Origin: Vicugna vicugna
Taxonomy: Eukaryota
DNA: 64,000 nt
Direction: 5' to 3'
Assembly: GCA_013265495.1 (NCBI GenBank)
Contig: MU058198.1
Span: forward strand, 3,918,419-3,982,418
The position numbers were made by a program, and so were the translations under genes. The notes beneath the pieces were generated by a model that saw nothing but the letters and a program-made list of their open reading frames with translations, searched no databases and had not been told where the DNA came from. Shown piece after piece: positions 62,556-64,000 of this stretch. How positions within the stretch are numbered: position 1 is the first letter of the stretch; every line of letters begins with the position of its first letter.

Positions 62556-64000
62556 GCATTATTAATTTAAATTTGACTCTCATCTCTCACTTTGTATGAG
62601 AGACCCACATGGCATTAAAGGTCAGGGCATAGTAATACTTGAATTGTATGCATTTCTTTGTTCTTATATAGCACTGTTGTTTTCAAATTTTATTTTATAA
62701 TGGAAATTTTTTTCCCAATAACACCTTTTGAAAGCCCCTAGTATAAACAAATAATATCTGAGATGGTTCAAATTGGAACAGGGTTGAACTCGTGACAAGT
62801 TTGCATTGTCTGTCTATCCCAGCCCCCAACTCACCCTTTGAAGTTACTTTAGAACTTACAGGAAGCGTTTCCAAAAGGAAAGATGTGTTTTGAGATTGCA
62901 GGCCCACTGAATATGAAATTCTGGGGCATTTTGCAGTGGAAACAGTCCTTGAAAGGATTAATTCCTCCCCCTAACTTCTCTCTCTTTCTCTCCCCCTTCT
63001 TCTCTCTATCTTTCCTTCCATCCTTCCTGCCCTCCCTCTTTCTCCCCAGCTACTAAATTATCCTGAAATAATTTGCACAAAGTAAGTAGGCATGTGTGAT
63101 GATGAATTCCAAGAAATGTCATTTGATTAGGGGAAAAAAATAAGCTCAACCAAAGTAGATACAATTTTGGAGAGTCAGAGAGAACTCTGAATGTTAAAAA
63201 GAGAGCCAAATTATACAGCTCCAGTTGGTGTGAGCCTTCTATCTCTGGTCAGCTCAGCAGTTAAAATCCTGTTCTCCTTGAAATACTTCTATGTTCTAAG
63301 ACTTCCTTTCTTCCATGGGAAAAGGCAAAGGTGATTCCAGTTAAAGCCAAAAATTGGCAGTGAGTTTGATGTTTAACTGCTCCCAGTTCACTTTCCAGAC
63401 AACTCTAGAAGAACATATTTCTTTTCTTTTTTTTTTTCACATTTTAATATTACATTTTAAAAGGGTGAAAAAAAATCCCTTTGTTCATGCTCAAGAAGAA
63501 TTAACAAGTATGGCTTCATCTCTTCCCTTAGGAAAGGTTTTGAAGGCAAGTAAAAAGTGTTATCATGTTAAATAGATGCTGCTGTCAAACCCAGAGGGTT
63601 CAACAGTCTGGGAATAAAGCTTGCCTGTAGGAAGAAACCCTAGTGGTTTTCAATGTTAATGAATTAACACCATCTTCCTTTTTACAATCATATGGATACA
63701 TTTATGAAACAAGAGTTGTAAGGTTGAAAATTTACCCACATTTAGCCTCATTTAGGATGCTTTTGGCTGCAAGGAAGAGATATTCATCTCAAATAGCTGT
63801 AACTTAGGGAATTTGTTCTCTCACATACCAGGCAAGATGGAGCTAAGGTGGTCATTTCAAGAGTCCAAAGCATCACCAAGGACACAGTTTCCTTCGAGCT
63901 TCTTACCGTACCCTCACAGTGTGTCGGCTGGTCCTCAACTAACCGTGCCCCTGGGCCCGAGTTGTCTACCACAGTTCTAGTCATTGCCTGCATTAAAACA

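Noticed and set aside
1..64000. CRISPR array, operon or other prokaryote-type system
   Set aside because: No regularly spaced direct repeats and no dense coding regions; the DNA is mammalian and repeat-dominated.

Overview
Mammalian, repeat-rich, apparently non-coding genomic DNA (intergenic or deep intronic). Seven copies of a tRNA-derived SINE (GGGGAGGGTATAGCTCAGTGGTAGAGCACATGCTTAGCATGCATGAGGTCCTGGGTTCAATCCCCAGTACCTCC, Vic-1-like) and the style of the young L1 3' ends point to a camelid genome (alpaca/llama/camel); this is an inference from remembered consensus sequences. I find no credible protein-coding exon. The ORF track is mostly chance ORFs, many overlapping transposon remnants. The window is a mosaic of MIR, L2, L1, MaLR (MLT1), MLT2, hAT/Tigger MITEs and many ERV solo LTRs. 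The LTRs concentrate in two clusters (about 9.1-16.2 kb and 51-56.5 kb). Best-supported points of interest: a four-level nested insertion (MIR > LTR > LTR > LTR) with resolvable target-site duplications (TSDs); a MER41-like LTR retaining a perfect GAS/STAT motif; a full-length U6 snRNA retrocopy with TSDs; an L1 with a probable 3' transduction plus a second L1 inserted into its TSD; a possible SINE-L1 chimera; and several repeat-free blocks that look like enhancers. I do not see evidence for a new biological system. Family names come from memory of consensus sequences, not from a database search.
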